IMG/VR virus record: IMGVR_UViG_2778261152_000002
Location: 1-17,392 of that record
Strand: one strand, 5' to 3'
Length of the DNA stretch: 17,392 bases
From: a virus
Taxonomy: Duplodnaviria > Heunggongvirae > Uroviricota > Caudoviricetes
Position numbers and translations under genes: made by a program. The notes beneath the pieces are model-generated. The model worked only from the letters and a program-made list of their open reading frames with translations, was not told the origin of the DNA and did no database searches. Below are positions 15,773 to 17,392 of this stretch, one piece after another; position 1 is the first letter of the stretch, and each line of letters begins with the position of its first letter.

Positions 15773-16061
15773 TGTAGCACCAATCATAACTATCTGTTTT
15801 AGCAAGCATTAACCGCATTCACTAAGCTATAGTTGATGGCACAAACAGAAAGTTGATGCATGATGTTGTCATGTATATGTCACAAATACGGCACAACGAT
15901 CTTCAAACATGTAGCCACACATCCACAGAAGAGCACAAAGCCTTGCAATCAAGTGCAAAGCTTTGTGTACCAGAGTTTTTCCTCATCAACTAACACAAGT
16001 ATCGATCGATTGAGACTTGGATGATAGACTTCATGCCTTTCAGAACTCATTGATTACATAA

Positions 16062-16424
16062 ATGTTAAAGCTATTTGCAAAGTACACCTCGATTGGTGTG
16101 CTGAACACACTTATACACTGGGTGGTTTTTGGTGTATGTATCTATGCCGCGCATACCAATCAGGCTCTGGCAAACTTCGCAGGTTTTGTTGTGGCTGTGA
16201 GTTTTAGCTTCTTCGCGAATGCAAAATTCACATTCAAAGCATCAACTACAACGATGCGCTACATGTTATATGTCGGGTTCATGGGAACACTGAGTGCAAC
16301 TGTTGGATGGGCTGCTGATAGATGTTCACTTCCTCCAATTGTCACTCTTGTCACCTTCTCCGCCATCAGCCTGGTGTGCGGTTTCGTCTATTCAAAGTTC
16401 ATTGTCTTTAGGAATTCAAAATGA
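16062..16424 (+). CDS. gtrA: GtrA, bactoprenol-linked glucose translocase (flippase)
   Basis: 120-aa 4-TM protein starting [20 protein letters not shown], characteristic of GtrA. ATGA overlap with gtrB. Confidence 0.9.
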   Translation: MLKLFAKYTSIGVLNTLIHWVVFGVCIYAAHTNQALANFAGFVVAVSFSFFANAKFTFKASTTTMRYMLYVGFMGTLSATVGWAADRCSLPPIVTLVTFSAISLVCGFVYSKFIVFRNSK

Positions 16425-17344
16425 AAATTTCGCTTGTTGTTCCGGTCTTCAATGAGGAGGCCGCAATACCAATCTTCTACAAAACGGTGCGAGAATTCGA
16501 CAAGTTAAAGCAGTATGAAGTTGAAATAGTTTTCATCAATGATGGCAGTAAAGACGCAACAGAATCAATTATCAACGCGCTTGCGATGTCAGATCCTCTT
16601 GTAGTTTCACTGTCATTCACAAGGAATTTTGGTAAAGAGCCAGCTTTGTTTGCTGGACTTGAACATGCAACTGGCAATGCAGTAATACCTATAGATGTTG
16701 ATCTTCAGGACCCAATCGAGGTTATCCCGCACCTGATAGAGAAATGGCAGTCAGGATCTGACATGGTTCTTGCTAAGCGATCAGAACGTTCTACTGATAG
16801 TCTATTAAAGCGGAAAACAGCGGAGTGGTTCTACAAACTACATAACAAAATCAGCAATCCAAAGATTGAGGAAAATGTTGGTGATTTTCGGCTGATGAGC
16901 CGCGATGTTGTCGAAAACATAAAGAGAATGCCAGAACGAAACCTGTTCATGAAAGGCGTGTTGAGTTGGGTTGGTGGCAAGACAGACGTCGTTGAATATG
17001 TCCGTGCTGAACGTGTTGCGGGAGATTCAAAGTTCAATGGCTGGAAATTATGGAACCTAGCACTTGAAGGTATTACCAGCTTTTCAACTTTTCCTCTCAA
17101 AATATGGACATATATAGGTTTGTTCGTCGCCGGTACAGCGTTCACGTATGGCTCGTGGATGATTATTGATACGTTAGCATTTGGTAACCCCGTTAGAGGT
17201 TATCCGTCAATTCTGGTATCGATTCTTTTCCTTGGAGGCATCCAACTTATTGGAATCGGTATTCTTGGTGAATATGTTGGCCGTATATATATAGAAACAA
17301 AAAAACGACAAAATAATTTTTTACTGAATAAAAATGAAATTTAA
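16421..17344 (+). CDS. gtrB: GtrB, bactoprenol glucosyltransferase (GT2 family)
   Basis: 307 aa. N-terminal GT2 fold signature ([11 protein letters not shown] ... INDGSKD ... DVDLQDP), C-terminal two TM helices. Confidence 0.9.
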   Translation: MKISLVVPVFNEEAAIPIFYKTVREFDKLKQYEVEIVFINDGSKDATESIINALAMSDPLVVSLSFTRNFGKEPALFAGLEHATGNAVIPIDVDLQDPIEVIPHLIEKWQSGSDMVLAKRSERSTDSLLKRKTAEWFYKLHNKISNPKIEENVGDFRLMSRDVVENIKRMPERNLFMKGVLSWVGGKTDVVEYVRAERVAGDSKFNGWKLWNLALEGITSFSTFPLKIWTYIGLFVAGTAFTYGSWMIIDTLAFGNPVRGYPSILVSILFLGGIQLIGIGILGEYVGRIYIETKKRQNNFLLNKNEI

Positions 17345-17367
17345 AAAAACAAAAAACCCCGAATACC

Positions 17368-17392
17368 ATGAGGAAAATGGTTTATCATTTAT
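17368..17392 (+). CDS. Possible 5' end of the serotype-specific glucosyltransferase gene, truncated by window edge
   Basis: ATG at 17368 (or 17377) about 25 nt after the gtrB stop. In gtr operons the type-specific transferase follows gtrB. Only about 8 codons visible. Confidence 0.25.

Larger units (their letters stand above)
1..17392. mobile_element. Temperate lambdoid/P22-like phage genome segment (lysis, Q, nin-like block, replication, immunity, early-left, xis-int-attP, gtr)
   Basis: Gene order is lambda-like in reverse orientation: S ... Q ... RusA ... O-like initiator, cII-like, cro, divergent cI, early genes, xis, int, att, then gtrAB. Multiple 1-4 nt start/stop overlaps indicate operon packing. 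Confidence 0.9.

Noticed and set aside
15726-15801. A complete tRNA gene at the att site
   Set aside because: Only the 3' 47 nt resemble a tRNA. The sequence 5' of the anticodon stem does not form acceptor or D arms.
1-17392. CRISPR arrays, IS elements or transposases, rRNA genes
   Set aside because: No regularly spaced direct repeats with unique spacers, no transposase-like ORFs or terminal inverted repeats bounding an element, and no rRNA-like sequence were seen.

Overview
The window reads as a contiguous segment of a temperate lambdoid/P22-like enterobacterial phage carrying O-antigen glucosylation (gtr) genes. All calls come from reading the six-frame translations and the DNA by eye; no searches were run, and family names are recalled from memory. 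From left to right: an S21-type pinholin with dual start (minus strand); a beta-class DNA methyltransferase; a very AT-rich two-gene cassette on the opposite strand (342-aa soluble protein plus 191-aa four-TM membrane protein) wedged between antiterminator Q and the lysis genes; a tightly packed minus-strand block (Q, DUF968/HNH-like, KilA-N, RusA, LexA-type DNA-binding protein, phage Dam-like methyltransferase, PerC-like protein); a replication initiator with intragenic 15-bp iterons and a DnaT-like C-terminus; cII-like and cro genes; a divergent S24-peptidase cI repressor; a second AT-rich insert in the immunity region (convergent 68-aa and 144-aa genes); a GC-rich hairpin-dense leader; early-left genes resembling the E. 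coli yfdP-Q-R-S-T block; xis; a 387-aa tyrosine integrase; a 47-nt tRNA-Thr 3' fragment (attP core); and gtrA/gtrB. Because int and gtr flank the att core, the sequence is in the attP (non-integrated or circular) configuration. The strongest candidate for an undescribed system is the Q-proximal two-gene cassette at 1956-3567, with the immunity-region pair at 10666-11278 second.
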